A stretch of DNA of 64,000 nt, taken from IMG/VR virus record IMGVR_UViG_3300025018_000106; one strand, written 5' to 3'. Below the pieces are notes generated by a model. That model was not told where the DNA came from. It made no database searches and saw only the letters and a list, made by a program, of their open reading frames with translations. This stretch comes from an uncultured virus (IMG/VR IMGVR_UViG_3300025018_000106) (taxonomy: Duplodnaviria; Heunggongvirae; Uroviricota; Caudoviricetes). The translations under genes were made by a program, and so were the position numbers. This document shows, one piece after another, positions 38,903 through 49,088 of the stretch; the first letter of the stretch is position 1, and the number at the start of each line of letters is the position of its first letter.

Positions 38903-39047
38903 ACGTATCTGGGACGCCATTCGACCAAGAACACAACGCGAAGTGATCGAAGATTACCTATCGAACGCGCAAGACCATGCGGACCTCGAAAGACGACTGA
39001 AAACGGTTGACCGCATTTACGGGTATCACTGGAACCACCGACTCTAA
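38895..39047 (+). CDS. Small DUF3563-like protein, 50 aa
   Basis: EDYLSNAQDHADLERRL; GAGG RBS. Confidence 0.55.
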   Translation: MLKRIWDAIRPRTQREVIEDYLSNAQDHADLERRLKTVDRIYGYHWNHRL

Positions 39048-39103
39048 ATAGACCGAGAGGTCTATGTGACGGCCTACGGACCGTCTTTTTTTTGGAGGAA
39101 ACA

Positions 39104-39682
39104 ATGAAGAAAGTGTTGCTTGTCGCGAGTGGTCTATCCGCAAATCAGTATCGCGATTACGACTACAAGAAAAAAGGATGGACCGTTGTCGGCGTCAATA
39201 ACGGTTGGATGGCAACCAATGGCGAATGGGACCACTGGGTCCGCGCTGGCGACTTTCGAGGACAGCACGCTACACCGACAGGCAACCAAAGAGTGTGTTA
39301 TCAGTATGTCAAGATACTGAACCAATACGGCGGTCCACGGAAATGTGGTTATTCAATCACGGTCTGTGCCGGTTACTACGCGTTACACACCTTCGATCCT
39401 GACATAATCGGCTTCCTCGGTGCAGACATGAATTACACACCGGCCACCGACGGTTCAACTCACATTTACGGCGTTGGTCGCGACATTCTTCGAAACGACA
39501 TACCCGATCCTGATAGAATGGGAGCGATTCATGGTCCAAAGATGAACATAAATACCGACCAATACATAACCAGATTAGAGACCATGGCAAGCGAAAGACA
39601 TGGTTGCAAACTCTACAATCTGTCAACTGTAACTGACACAAGACTGCCTTACACAAAGGCGAGACCGGAGGATTTTGAATGA
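39104..39682 (+). CDS. Hypothetical, DUF115/GT29-like Rossmann pattern
   Basis: VLLVASGLS, VVGVNN, IGFLGADM. Confidence 0.6.
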   Translation: MKKVLLVASGLSANQYRDYDYKKKGWTVVGVNNGWMATNGEWDHWVRAGDFRGQHATPTGNQRVCYQYVKILNQYGGPRKCGYSITVCAGYYALHTFDPDIIGFLGADMNYTPATDGSTHIYGVGRDILRNDIPDPDRMGAIHGPKMNINTDQYITRLETMASERHGCKLYNLSTVTDTRLPYTKARPEDFE

Positions 39683-40317
39683 GTCAATATGAACAAGAAA
39701 CGTCAATGCGTCGAGTGGACGAGGAAGGCGTTGAAGAACTGCTATGGGTAACGAGTGACCGAGGCGCATTCGGCAGTAAGAAAGACGGACCCCTTTACGA
39801 CTGGATATCGTGCAAAGAACACTTTATGTCACAGGTCAAAGACTTCGACACGGTGATCCAGGCAGGCGGCAACTGTGGCATGTATGCACGGTTCTACGCG
39901 AACTACTTCCGCAACGTGATTACATTCGAACCTGATCCTCTGAACTTCTACTGTCTGGACCGTAACTGTGTCGGACCTCAATACACGAAGTATCAAGGCG
40001 GCCTAGGCAACACGACCGAGAACCTATCCTTGCAAAGAGTCAGTATGCGCAACGTCGGTATGCACAAGATCAAGAACCTACCGGGCGACATTCGTATGTA
40101 TCGACTGGACGACATGAACATTGAACGTTGTGACCTTCTACACCTTGACATTGAAGGTTACGAAGAATATGCACTACGCGGCGCAACCCAGATGATTGAG
40201 AGATTGCGTCCTGTTATCATCACGGAGCGTTCGTCTGGCGAAAAATACCTGTTCGAACTCGGTTATCGTCTCTATCGGAAGATGCCATGGGATACGGTGT
40301 ATGTTTTTGATAAATAA
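39679..40317 (+). CDS. FkbM-family SAM methyltransferase
   Basis: IQAGGNCG, TFEPD, LDIEGYE..ALRGA, RPVI. Confidence 0.88.
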   Translation: MSQYEQETSMRRVDEEGVEELLWVTSDRGAFGSKKDGPLYDWISCKEHFMSQVKDFDTVIQAGGNCGMYARFYANYFRNVITFEPDPLNFYCLDRNCVGPQYTKYQGGLGNTTENLSLQRVSMRNVGMHKIKNLPGDIRMYRLDDMNIERCDLLHLDIEGYEEYALRGATQMIERLRPVIITERSSGEKYLFELGYRLYRKMPWDTVYVFDK

Positions 40318-40346
40318 GCAGACAACTACATTTCCGCGAGGCAACC

Positions 40347-42794
40347 ATGGCTGACAAGAAAAAGAAAAAGTACGACAAGATGGACGCCGAGAACAAGGCA
40401 CTGGTCAAGAACAACATCGAAATGAACCCTACACTGAAAGAAGCGAAAGGCAAGACTGTTGTGTTTGGTTGGGGTCGTATGAACCCGGTCACAATTGGTC
40501 ACGAAAAACTCGCTGACAAACTGAAGTCTGTTGCACAGAAAGAACGCGCGACTCCGCTTCTCTATCTGTCTCACTCTACAGACCCTAAGAAGAATCCACT
40601 TTCGTATGACGACAAGATTATGCTGGCTCGCAAGGCGTTCGGCGACATGGTTCAGAAGTCGAACGCAAAGACGATCATCCAGGCGATGAAGGAACTTGAC
40701 AAGAAATTTGATTCGGTCATTCTAATCGTCGGGCAAGACCGCGTCCAAGAATTTGACACACTGTTGAACAAATACAACGGCAAGGAATACAACTTCGACT
40801 CCATCAACGTTGTCTCGGCTGGTGACCGCGATCCGGATGCAGACGATGTTACAGGTATGTCCGCGTCCAAGATGCGAGCACTCGCCGCACAAGGCGTCAT
40901 GAAGCAATTCGCCAAGGGTCTGCCGAAAAAGCTCAAGGGTGATGCGCAGGCAGTATATGACATGGTTCGCGCTGGTATGAAACTCGCGGAAGAACTCGAA
41001 GCATACGAGAACCTAGACGAAGCACTTTCTCTACAGCAGCGCCGCCAGCGCGCAATCACGATGCGCCGTTACAAAGCGAAAATCGCGGCAGCACGCAAGC
41101 GCATGGCACGACGCCCAGCAGATCAAGAGCGTCTAGAGAAACGTGCCGAAAAGAAAGCGCGTTCCATGGTTCGCGCGAAGATTGCAGGTTCGAAAGGCAA
41201 GAACTACGACGACCTATCGCCCGCTGAAAAGTCCCAAATCGAAGATAGAGTCAAGAAGCGTTCTGTAATGGTCGCACGAATCGCAAAGAGACTGTTGCCG
41301 AAGTTGAAACGCGCTGACACGGTCCGTATCGCAGGCAAGAGTGTCGAACCGATCAAAGAAGCGACCTCGGAAGTCGAACGCCTGAGGGCAAAGCAGGCGG
41401 CAGACCGTCGCAAACTGAGAGACACGCAGGAACGCGGAATGGACAGTCTACGCAGCCGTCAGATGCGCCGCAAGATTCGCAGTATCAACGTGAACGAGCA
41501 TATCGAAGTCGAGAACGACCTAGAGGCACTCCAGATCATCGAACAAGTCGCGTCTCTATACGAAGCGAAGCGCGTCAAGGGTGGTGATCCGTGCTGGGAC
41601 GGTTACGAAATGGTCGGCAAGAAAAAGAAGAATGGCAAGGAAGTCCCGAACTGTGTGCCGAAAGAAGAAGTCGAAGTCTATTTCACGAAGGACGACCTTT
41701 TCGAAATGAGACTGGACGAAGCGGTCGCACTTGACAAAATTCTTGACGCGGTTCACCGTAACGTCAAGGCAGGCAAAAACCTGATGGATATCGCGTTTGA
41801 TATCTCACGGGCAGCTGGCGTCACCATGTCTGGACAAGAAATCAGACGAGCTTACGTCGCCAAATTTGGCGAACCAAAGACGGGTAAGGAATCGAACCCA
41901 GAAATCCGCGCAAAGCTTCTGAAAAAGTATGGTCTGGTTAAGGAATCCGTTGAACTGTCAGAAGGCAAAGTTGTCAAGAAAGTCAATGGTTATGACATTC
42001 ACGACATGGGCGCCGACTTTCCATACAAGCACAAGAGATTCATGGTCAAAGACCTGAGACTGGATGTGTGGCAAGCCGGCGATGCGACCTTAAAGGGCGC
42101 AGAAGCTAAGGCGAAGTCTCTGAAGCCCAGCCAAGGTCCTGATGCGAAGAAAACTCAAGCGCAGATCGATCATGACGATTGGCGCGACAAGCAAAAGGCG
42201 CGCATTGCTTCTGGTGAAGTCAGAAGAGCGGTAATGTCACGTCGCGGCATGAAAGAGGGATACGATCCAGATGGTTACGATCCTGCCAAGTCGGCGGGTG
42301 CAGGCCTACAGGGCACCGACCGTCTACAGAAACGTTACAAGAAAGACACACCTGGCGAAGTCGTTGACGGCGCGAAGCGCAAGGATATCAATGAAGCTTT
42401 CTCAGAAATGATGGAACAAAAGTCGTCTTGTGACCTGGTCGGCATAAAGCAGATCAAGGAATTCGAGAAGGTCGTGGACAAGTTGTTCGAAAAGTTTGGC
42501 ATCGACTTCCAGTTTACCAAACACTTCGCTGACCGTATGGGCGACGAACGCAACGATCCTTGCATCACACTCAAGGAACTGGCTGACTTCATCAAGAAAA
42601 TCTACAAGAACCAAGGCAAGTCTCTAAAGGGTGTTGCCGGCGCAGAAGCGGTGGTTCGCGATCTTCAACGTGACCTGAACATTCCTGTAGTCGTTAAGTA
42701 TGACCAGAAGAATGACGAATTCGATGTTGTGATGAAAACCATCATGCGCAAGAAGAACTTCAAGACTCCGAACAAGGTGATTGACTACAAATGA
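40347..42794 (+). CDS. Multidomain late protein with N-terminal HIGH-fold cytidylyltransferase-like domain
   Basis: GRMNPVTIGH, VGQDRV, SAGDRDPD, MSASKMR; PCWDGY..VPNCVP module; C-terminal FTKHFADR domain. Confidence 0.8.
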   Translation: MADKKKKKYDKMDAENKALVKNNIEMNPTLKEAKGKTVVFGWGRMNPVTIGHEKLADKLKSVAQKERATPLLYLSHSTDPKKNPLSYDDKIMLARKAFGDMVQKSNAKTIIQAMKELDKKFDSVILIVGQDRVQEFDTLLNKYNGKEYNFDSINVVSAGDRDPDADDVTGMSASKMRALAAQGVMKQFAKGLPKKLKGDAQAVYDMVRAGMKLAEELEAYENLDEALSLQQRRQRAITMRRYKAKIAAARKRMARRPADQERLEKRAEKKARSMVRAKIAGSKGKNYDDLSPAEKSQIEDRVKKRSVMVARIAKRLLPKLKRADTVRIAGKSVEPIKEATSEVERLRAKQAADRRKLRDTQERGMDSLRSRQMRRKIRSINVNEHIEVENDLEALQIIEQVASLYEAKRVKGGDPCWDGYEMVGKKKKNGKEVPNCVPKEEVEVYFTKDDLFEMRLDEAVALDKILDAVHRNVKAGKNLMDIAFDISRAAGVTMSGQEIRRAYVAKFGEPKTGKESNPEIRAKLLKKYGLVKESVELSEGKVVKKVNGYDIHDMGADFPYKHKRFMVKDLRLDVWQAGDATLKGAEAKAKSLKPSQGPDAKKTQAQIDHDDWRDKQKARIASGEVRRAVMSRRGMKEGYDPDGYDPAKSAGAGLQGTDRLQKRYKKDTPGEVVDGAKRKDINEAFSEMMEQKSSCDLVGIKQIKEFEKVVDKLFEKFGIDFQFTKHFADRMGDERNDPCITLKELADFIKKIYKNQGKSLKGVAGAEAVVRDLQRDLNIPVVVKYDQKNDEFDVVMKTIMRKKNFKTPNKVIDYK

Positions 42795-43249
42795 TAAGCT
42801 TTCGTGACTATCTTGCGGAACTCAAAATCGAAATGCCCAAGGAAACCGAAACCTTGGGCATCGAACGCGAGGACATGCCTCAAATTGAAGGCAAAGACTA
42901 TGACCACTTTCTAGCGTATCTCAAAAAGAAGGGCGCGTCTAACAAGAGGGAAAAAGTCGCTGCAAGATCGTTGAAGCCTATTCAGAAAGAGTTTTCAAAG
43001 AAGGGTGTCGAGAAATCTCTTTCGCGACTTCTTTCGCCTAAGGTCGATCCAAGACCGCCTGTAATCGTGTCGTCTGACAGTTACATCAACGATGGTCACC
43101 ACCGTTGGTTGGCCGCAAAGAACGCGGGTGTCAAAGACTTTGAAATCACACGAGTCAATGCACCTATGAAAGAACTGCTGAAGATGGCACATGACTATCC
43201 GAGAGTAACATACAAACAACTAGGAAGCAACAAGGTAATTCGAAAATGA
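42791..43249 (+). CDS. ParB/Srx-like domain protein
   Basis: MPQI, LKPIQ, DGHHRW. Confidence 0.75.
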   Translation: MISFRDYLAELKIEMPKETETLGIEREDMPQIEGKDYDHFLAYLKKKGASNKREKVAARSLKPIQKEFSKKGVEKSLSRLLSPKVDPRPPVIVSSDSYINDGHHRWLAAKNAGVKDFEITRVNAPMKELLKMAHDYPRVTYKQLGSNKVIRK

Positions 43250-44163
43250 CAGACTTCATTCTAACGAAGGAAGAACTCGGCAAACTCATTCGTAACCGCG
43301 AGATTGACTATTGGCACGAAGCGATGGCGAAGGTTCTACCTAAGGTCGGCATCAACACAAAGAACCGCGTTGCTGGTTTCATCGCGCAATGCGCGGTCGA
43401 GAGTGGCGACTTCAACGTTCTGGAAGAAAACTTGAACTACTCCGAAGCGGCTCTGAAACGCACGTTTGGTCGATATTTCAAGGATCGTGATCCGAAAGAT
43501 TATGCGGGTCGACCTGAGAAGCTTGCCAACTACGTCTACATGGACAAGAACCGCACCAAGCGCGGCGCACTCGGTAACGTGAACGAAGGTGACGGTTGGA
43601 AATTCCGTGGCCGCGGTATCATGCAGATCACAGGCCGCAATAACTATGAGGCTTTCGGTCATTCTGTTGGTATGTCAGCAGAAGAAGCGGTTGATTACAT
43701 CGAAACGAAGGAAGGCGCGCTCATGTCCGCCGTCTGGTTCTGGAACAAGGCGAACTGCAATCGTTTCGCAGACAGAGGCGACATTGAAGGTCTGTCTAAG
43801 GCGATCAACGGCGGCACAATCGGTTTGAACAAGCGCAAGGCAAAGTGGGAACTCGCACTTGAAGTAATCGATGAAAGTAACACACATTACGTTCCCGAAG
43901 AAGTCGTAGAAATGAAACCAGAACCTGCTCCCGCGCCTGCGCCGGCACACAAGCCCGAGAAAAAGAAGGGGCGCACCGACGTTTACTTGAACGCTGGTGA
44001 CCGAGGCGAAGAAGTCAAGAAAATGCAGAGAGCACTAGGCATTCCTGCTGACGGCATCTTTGGTCCGCAGACACGACGCGCAGTCAAGAGATTCCAGATG
44101 GCAAACGGCCTACAGGCCGATGGTGTCGCGGGACCTCAAACGTTGACGGCGCTGTATCGATAA
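43246..44163 (+). CDS. Endolysin: GH19 domain plus C-terminal PG-binding domain
   Basis: AQC.VES, EENLNYS, FRGRGIMQITGRNNY, INGG; ADGIFGPQT..FQ..DGVAGPQT. Confidence 0.92.
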   Translation: MTDFILTKEELGKLIRNREIDYWHEAMAKVLPKVGINTKNRVAGFIAQCAVESGDFNVLEENLNYSEAALKRTFGRYFKDRDPKDYAGRPEKLANYVYMDKNRTKRGALGNVNEGDGWKFRGRGIMQITGRNNYEAFGHSVGMSAEEAVDYIETKEGALMSAVWFWNKANCNRFADRGDIEGLSKAINGGTIGLNKRKAKWELALEVIDESNTHYVPEEVVEMKPEPAPAPAPAHKPEKKKGRTDVYLNAGDRGEEVKKMQRALGIPADGIFGPQTRRAVKRFQMANGLQADGVAGPQTLTALYR

Positions 44164-44195
44164 ATACCATTGACAATCTAATCGGGAGACACTAG

Positions 44196-45095
44196 ATGTT
44201 TAAGAGAGAAATCACGCCGCTTCCAGAGGGCATGGCAGAAGCAATCGGCAAGGCGATCAACCGTCTGGAATACGTTGACGAAGCCGCAGGTAACAAGAAC
44301 CGTCCTGCTGACCAAGATCAAGGCGACAAAAAGCCGATCAAGTCAGCGACGCCTGATGAGTCGAAGCTTTCAAAAGCGATGAAAGAAGAACTAGGCGAGG
44401 CAAAGCAGGGTTCGGCTGAACACCTGAAGCGTCTGCTTGACATGCTACACAAGACGAAGCCGGGCTCATCTGACGCGTCTCAGATCAAGCACGCAATCGA
44501 AAAGATGCACGGCGCCGACAAGATTCCTGCGAAATACAAGAACGCGAAGCCTGACATGTATGAAGAAACCGATCTAGAGGAAGGTTCTTACAAAGACGGC
44601 GACACGACGATGGGTACCATCACTGTCAACTCCGACGAAGAACGCAAGAAGCGCGCGGCCATGTATCGTGCCAAGAAAGCAGAAAAGAAGGTCAAGACCG
44701 AAGAAACCGATCTTGAAGAAAAGTATGCGAAGGCAACTGACAAAGAGGACGACGGCGAAGGTCTTGATCCGGTCGGCAAAGGCGATTCTGATATCGACAA
44801 CGACGGTGACTCCGATTCTTCTGACCGTTATCTGAAAGCACGCCGCAAGGCAATCGCTAAGGCAATGAAGAAAGAGGAAGTCGAACCTCTTGACGAATTG
44901 TCGCAAGAGACGATCAAGAGCTACTATGCAAAGGCTGGTTCGCAAATGCAGAAAGACAGAAAGACTGTCCAGAAGCATATGGACCGTAAGTCTGCACCTA
45001 CGGCATCATCTGTTAAGAAAGCTTCCGACGCATACAAGCGTTACCAGAAAAGAGTCAAAGGTTTGAATAGAGCCGCTGACAAGATGCACGACTGA
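44196..45095 (+). CDS. Charged late/internal head protein
   Basis: LDPVGKGDSDIDNDGD motif, repeated TDLEE. Confidence 0.7.
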   Translation: MFKREITPLPEGMAEAIGKAINRLEYVDEAAGNKNRPADQDQGDKKPIKSATPDESKLSKAMKEELGEAKQGSAEHLKRLLDMLHKTKPGSSDASQIKHAIEKMHGADKIPAKYKNAKPDMYEETDLEEGSYKDGDTTMGTITVNSDEERKKRAAMYRAKKAEKKVKTEETDLEEKYAKATDKEDDGEGLDPVGKGDSDIDNDGDSDSSDRYLKARRKAIAKAMKKEEVEPLDELSQETIKSYYAKAGSQMQKDRKTVQKHMDRKSAPTASSVKKASDAYKRYQKRVKGLNRAADKMHD

Positions 45096-45108
45096 TAGAG
45101 GACGAGAC

Positions 45109-45606
45109 ATGAAATCGTTTCTAGAATACATCGGTGAAGCCGCTTACGTTATCAAGCACAAAAAGACCAAGAAGGTCCTTGACAGTTTCGATGATTACGA
45201 GACAGCGAAGGACAACTTCGAAGGTCTGGGCGATGCGAAGAAAGACCACATGTTGCTCAAGACCCGTTCGGCCGGCGCACTGAAAAACCGTGTCGGCGGC
45301 GGATGGAGAATGAACGAGGAAATGGTGACAGAAGCGCGATCTGCCTCGGGTTACGAACTCTATCACAGCACGATGGCAGGCGCCTTGCAACATGCGAAGG
45401 CACAGGCCGAGAAGCGCGGTTACGAGGTCGACATGAATGACTGGGACCAGAAGGTCGCAATGGGACCTCGCAAGCCAAGCAAAGACGGCGAGTATAACGC
45501 CTACAGTCTCAGACTGACGAAAAAAGGCAAACCGTCGCGTGAAGCTCTACATATCCAGGTGACCAACATCGGAAACCGTTTCGAACTAAATATGTATATC
45601 CAATAA
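45109..45606 (+). CDS. Putative internal head protein
   Basis: MKSFLEYIGE N-terminus. Confidence 0.7.
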   Translation: MKSFLEYIGEAAYVIKHKKTKKVLDSFDDYETAKDNFEGLGDAKKDHMLLKTRSAGALKNRVGGGWRMNEEMVTEARSASGYELYHSTMAGALQHAKAQAEKRGYEVDMNDWDQKVAMGPRKPSKDGEYNAYSLRLTKKGKPSREALHIQVTNIGNRFELNMYIQ

Positions 45607-45628
45607 CGCCAACATAAGGAGAACGATA

Positions 45629-45937
45629 ATGGCACTTTGGGGAGACACAGACGACGCGAACAGCGCACCGAAGTATCTGGTAAACGACGCGGCGAATCCC
45701 GACGCTGCAAACAACGTTTACTTTGTTGACACAGACGAAGCACAGGTCGCGAACAACATCGCCATCGGTCTCAACACTCCCGGTTGGAACCTGTATGAAA
45801 CATACACGACGAATGGTGGCGCTGTCACTCGCCGTCGCGTAGAAAACCTGGTCGCTATGAAACGCACTGCTGTTGAAGCAGGTGACCTTGGTATTACAGG
45901 CAACACCGCTGTTGAAGATACTGTGGTCGAGGACTAA
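45629..45937 (+). CDS. Putative virion protein
   Basis: MALWG, PKYL, TPGW, RVE.LVAM. Confidence 0.7.
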   Translation: MALWGDTDDANSAPKYLVNDAANPDAANNVYFVDTDEAQVANNIAIGLNTPGWNLYETYTTNGGAVTRRRVENLVAMKRTAVEAGDLGITGNTAVEDTVVED

Positions 45938-46003
45938 TCTGATTTTCGTCTAGGGGCGGCTTCTGGTCGCCCCTATTCTATGTAAACAACAGGTGATAAG
46001 AGA

Positions 46004-46378
46004 ATGATTTTAACCGAGGACAATTTTCTACTCTATGCTGCGAAGCACTACGACATGAAACGCGCGGCATCGATAGAAGAATTTCACGACGACCTGAAAC
46101 GGATACAGTATATCAAGAGACTGTTCAAGAGATACGAGGATAGCGGCGAACTAAAAACCCGCCTGATTCTGAACCATTTGATTATTCTCTACAACTGTTT
46201 CGGCGCCTCGGCAACACCTATTCTCTTTATGAAGCTCGAAGAATATCACGCGTATCTGAAACCGTTTGTGATATTTCTCAACTTCATGACCGAACGGATC
46301 ACCTACGACAACAAAAACATCATCACCTCTGACATACCCCTAGATCAGAGAATCGTTCAAGAACTGAGAAAAATATGA
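46004..46378 (+). CDS. Conserved T4-like hypothetical protein
   Basis: FLLYAAKHYD, DLKRIQYIKRL, RLILNH. Confidence 0.8.
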   Translation: MILTEDNFLLYAAKHYDMKRAASIEEFHDDLKRIQYIKRLFKRYEDSGELKTRLILNHLIILYNCFGASATPILFMKLEEYHAYLKPFVIFLNFMTERITYDNKNIITSDIPLDQRIVQELRKI

Positions 46379-46890
46379 TTGTTGACCTATTCTTAGTCTA
46401 TCAATTTATCAAACGTCTGGCAACACCTTTCAACGAATGGAAGGCGTATGAGCTTGGTATTATCGATGAAAAAGGCAACATTCTGAAAAAGCGACGCGAA
46501 CTGAGAACCATCGAAGAACGCAACGCATGGGGTAAGTTTGACGTGATGATATCAAAACTCAAACGCATTATCGAAAAGGCGCCCGGAGGTCAAAGCAGAC
46601 TTGCATCCTACGCAGCGGCCTTGTATCTAATCAAGGAAGGTGCAGAGATAAATAGCAACGTGGAGTTGATGACCGAGGAAGAAATTTCACAAGGTCTAGA
46701 CCCGTATTTGGAATATGTGCAAGAGAACTTCTATCTAATTGAGGAAGTCCCTGTCAATAACGCGGGAGGCGGTGCAATTGCAGGCATTGGTGTAGGACCC
46801 AAAGAGAAAGCCGAACCAGGTTTCACTCCAGGGCAAATGAGAAAATACAAGAAAAAGAAACCTATTCTCAGACGCTTTAAGGTGAATTAA
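46375..46890 (+). CDS. Conserved T4-like hypothetical protein
   Basis: YQFIKRLATPF..WKAYELGIID. Confidence 0.8.
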   Translation: MIVDLFLVYQFIKRLATPFNEWKAYELGIIDEKGNILKKRRELRTIEERNAWGKFDVMISKLKRIIEKAPGGQSRLASYAAALYLIKEGAEINSNVELMTEEEISQGLDPYLEYVQENFYLIEEVPVNNAGGGAIAGIGVGPKEKAEPGFTPGQMRKYKKKKPILRRFKVN

Positions 46891-46891
46891 C

Positions 46892-47380
46892 ATGCTACTC
46901 GCATCACTAATCGGAACACTTTCAGGAAGCCTGGTATCTATTCTGCCGGGTATTCTTTCATTTCTACAGAAACGCGAAGAGCTGAGATATGAAGCAAAAC
47001 TTTTTGAGCTCCGTGCAAAATATCAGCAAGTCGCTACACAGGCGGAAATCGATCTTATCAACGCTCGAGCTGATGCTGTCGAGGGAGACAGCCTTCGCCG
47101 TCATGATGCTTCTCTTACTGAGCCAGGCTTCATCGGCGCACTTAGACGCTCTGTCCGCCCAGTTATCACCTACCTATTTTTCTTTCTTTTCGTTTTTGTC
47201 AAAGTTGTGGCTCTGGTAGCAGCATATCAGGCTTCAGGAGAACAAGATTGGGTCGGTAATTCGATCCTATGGACAGACTTGCTGCCTATCATCTGGGACG
47301 AGCAAACGTCTGCGATCTTTGGCGCTATCATTGGTTTTTGGTTTGGTTCTCGCACGATTGAAAAATTGATGCGGAGGTAA
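46892..47380 (+). CDS. Holin-like 3TM membrane protein
   Basis: SVRPVITY plus TM, IIGFWFGSR. Confidence 0.7.
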   Translation: MLLASLIGTLSGSLVSILPGILSFLQKREELRYEAKLFELRAKYQQVATQAEIDLINARADAVEGDSLRRHDASLTEPGFIGALRRSVRPVITYLFFFLFVFVKVVALVAAYQASGEQDWVGNSILWTDLLPIIWDEQTSAIFGAIIGFWFGSRTIEKLMRR

Positions 47381-47382
47381 CC

Positions 47383-47979
47383 ATGGCCTGGAAAGATAAG
47401 GTAGACAGTATCAGAGACGGTATATGGCTTGCTTCTCTGATAAGCGTTCCTTTGACGACCATCCTGACGTTCGTATTCTTCGGAATGTGGGCGATGTATG
47501 GTGACGAAATCGTTGCAAAGGCACGCGAAGAACTCGGCATCGACCGCAACTACGAACTCATTCTCCAAGCACTAGGCGAGGACCGTGCCATTCGTCAACC
47601 ACCTGGTCTGTCATACGTTCAAGAACCTGTATATGTTGGTGAAACGATTGTCGTCAATCTGGTAATCCAAAGAACAGAGTGGGGCTCAGCCTGCATATTC
47701 GAAGACGGCCACGCTGTGTTCGTTCAACCAAACGGCATCATCATCGGCGGTTCATCAATTCCCACACAGAGACAGGTTAGCACAGACCTAACTCGGTTCC
47801 AAATTCCTGTTAACACACCCGACACACGCTTCATACAACGAAGCGAACTGAATCAACGTTGGGCAGTCTACTTCGCGCTTGACTATGAGTGCTACGGTCA
47901 TACAGTGATTGAAGAAACGGACCTGATTCCGTTCATCATGCGCGACCGTCCAAGAAACGAAGGGATGGGCGCAGAATAA
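47383..47979 (+). CDS. Membrane-anchored hypothetical protein
   Basis: N-terminal TM segment. Confidence 0.65.
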   Translation: MAWKDKVDSIRDGIWLASLISVPLTTILTFVFFGMWAMYGDEIVAKAREELGIDRNYELILQALGEDRAIRQPPGLSYVQEPVYVGETIVVNLVIQRTEWGSACIFEDGHAVFVQPNGIIIGGSSIPTQRQVSTDLTRFQIPVNTPDTRFIQRSELNQRWAVYFALDYECYGHTVIEETDLIPFIMRDRPRNEGMGAE

Positions 47980-48044
47980 GCTTGACAGGAGGGTTCCTCT
48001 CGGTATAATTGGTTCTTAACACGATGAAAGACCAGGAGGAACCC

Positions 48045-49079
48045 TTGAACCTGATTGATCTAAAGTATGCGGGCATCCTATCCACGCGACTTCAGCGATT
48101 CGTTATCAAGTCACACAGCCCATACCGCGCGAACATGCGGTGTCCGATCTGTGGTGACAGTCAAAAATCCAAGAGAAAAGCTCGGGGATGGATCCTCGAA
48201 AAAGACAACGCCGCAATCTTCTACTGTCACAATTGCGGCGCATCCTTACCCATGCGCAAATTCCTGGAACAGATCGACCCGCCTCTCGCCAAGGACTATG
48301 TGATCGACATGGCCATGGAGAACAAGTATGCGAAGAAAGAGCCCGAGAAGCCTCTTGACACTCTACAACAGAAGAAGCCAAAGTTTCAGCTCACGGGTTC
48401 ACCTCTCCGAAAGATTCGCAAGATCAGTCAACTACCAGCAGGTCATGGCGGCCGTGACTACGTTCTGAGACGCAAGATTCCGACGAAGGAGCACTACCGT
48501 CTCTACTACGTTCCAAAATTCGTCACATGGGTCAACAGTCTGATTCCGGGCAAGATGAAGATGCCCGAGAAAGACAAACCTAGACTGATTCTACCATTTC
48601 TTGACAAATCTGGCAACCTCTTTGGTTTCCAGGGTCGCGCGTTTGATCCGAAAGACGAACTACGATACATCACCATCATGTTGGACGAGAACATGCCGAA
48701 AATCTTCGGTCTGGAGAAGGTCGACTTCACGAAACCTTACCGTGTGGTCGAAGGTCCGATTGATGCGTTGTTTCTAGACAACACCGTTGCGATGGCTGGC
48801 GCAGACGGTAACGCGAACGGACTGGATCACCTAAGTAACGCAACATTCATCTTTGATGCAGAACCAAGAAATAAAGAAATAGTCCGTCGCATGGAGAGAG
48901 TGGTAGAAAATGGTTACAAAGTTTGTATCTGGCCACAACATATGATGGAACGCGGTAAAGACATAAACGACTTCATCTTATCTGGACTCAAAGCCGCTGA
49001 TATCCAACTAATCATTGACCAAAACTCTTATCGCGGCCTACAGGCTAAACTAGAACTTGCCACATGGAAAAAAGTGTAG
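48045..49079 (+). CDS. gp61: DNA primase
   Basis: CPICGDS..CHNC zinc finger, QGR, EGPID, KDIND; TTG start after AGGAGG. Confidence 0.96.
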   Translation: MNLIDLKYAGILSTRLQRFVIKSHSPYRANMRCPICGDSQKSKRKARGWILEKDNAAIFYCHNCGASLPMRKFLEQIDPPLAKDYVIDMAMENKYAKKEPEKPLDTLQQKKPKFQLTGSPLRKIRKISQLPAGHGGRDYVLRRKIPTKEHYRLYYVPKFVTWVNSLIPGKMKMPEKDKPRLILPFLDKSGNLFGFQGRAFDPKDELRYITIMLDENMPKIFGLEKVDFTKPYRVVEGPIDALFLDNTVAMAGADGNANGLDHLSNATFIFDAEPRNKEIVRRMERVVENGYKVCIWPQHMMERGKDINDFILSGLKAADIQLIIDQNSYRGLQAKLELATWKKV

Positions 49080-49088
49080 AATGAATGT

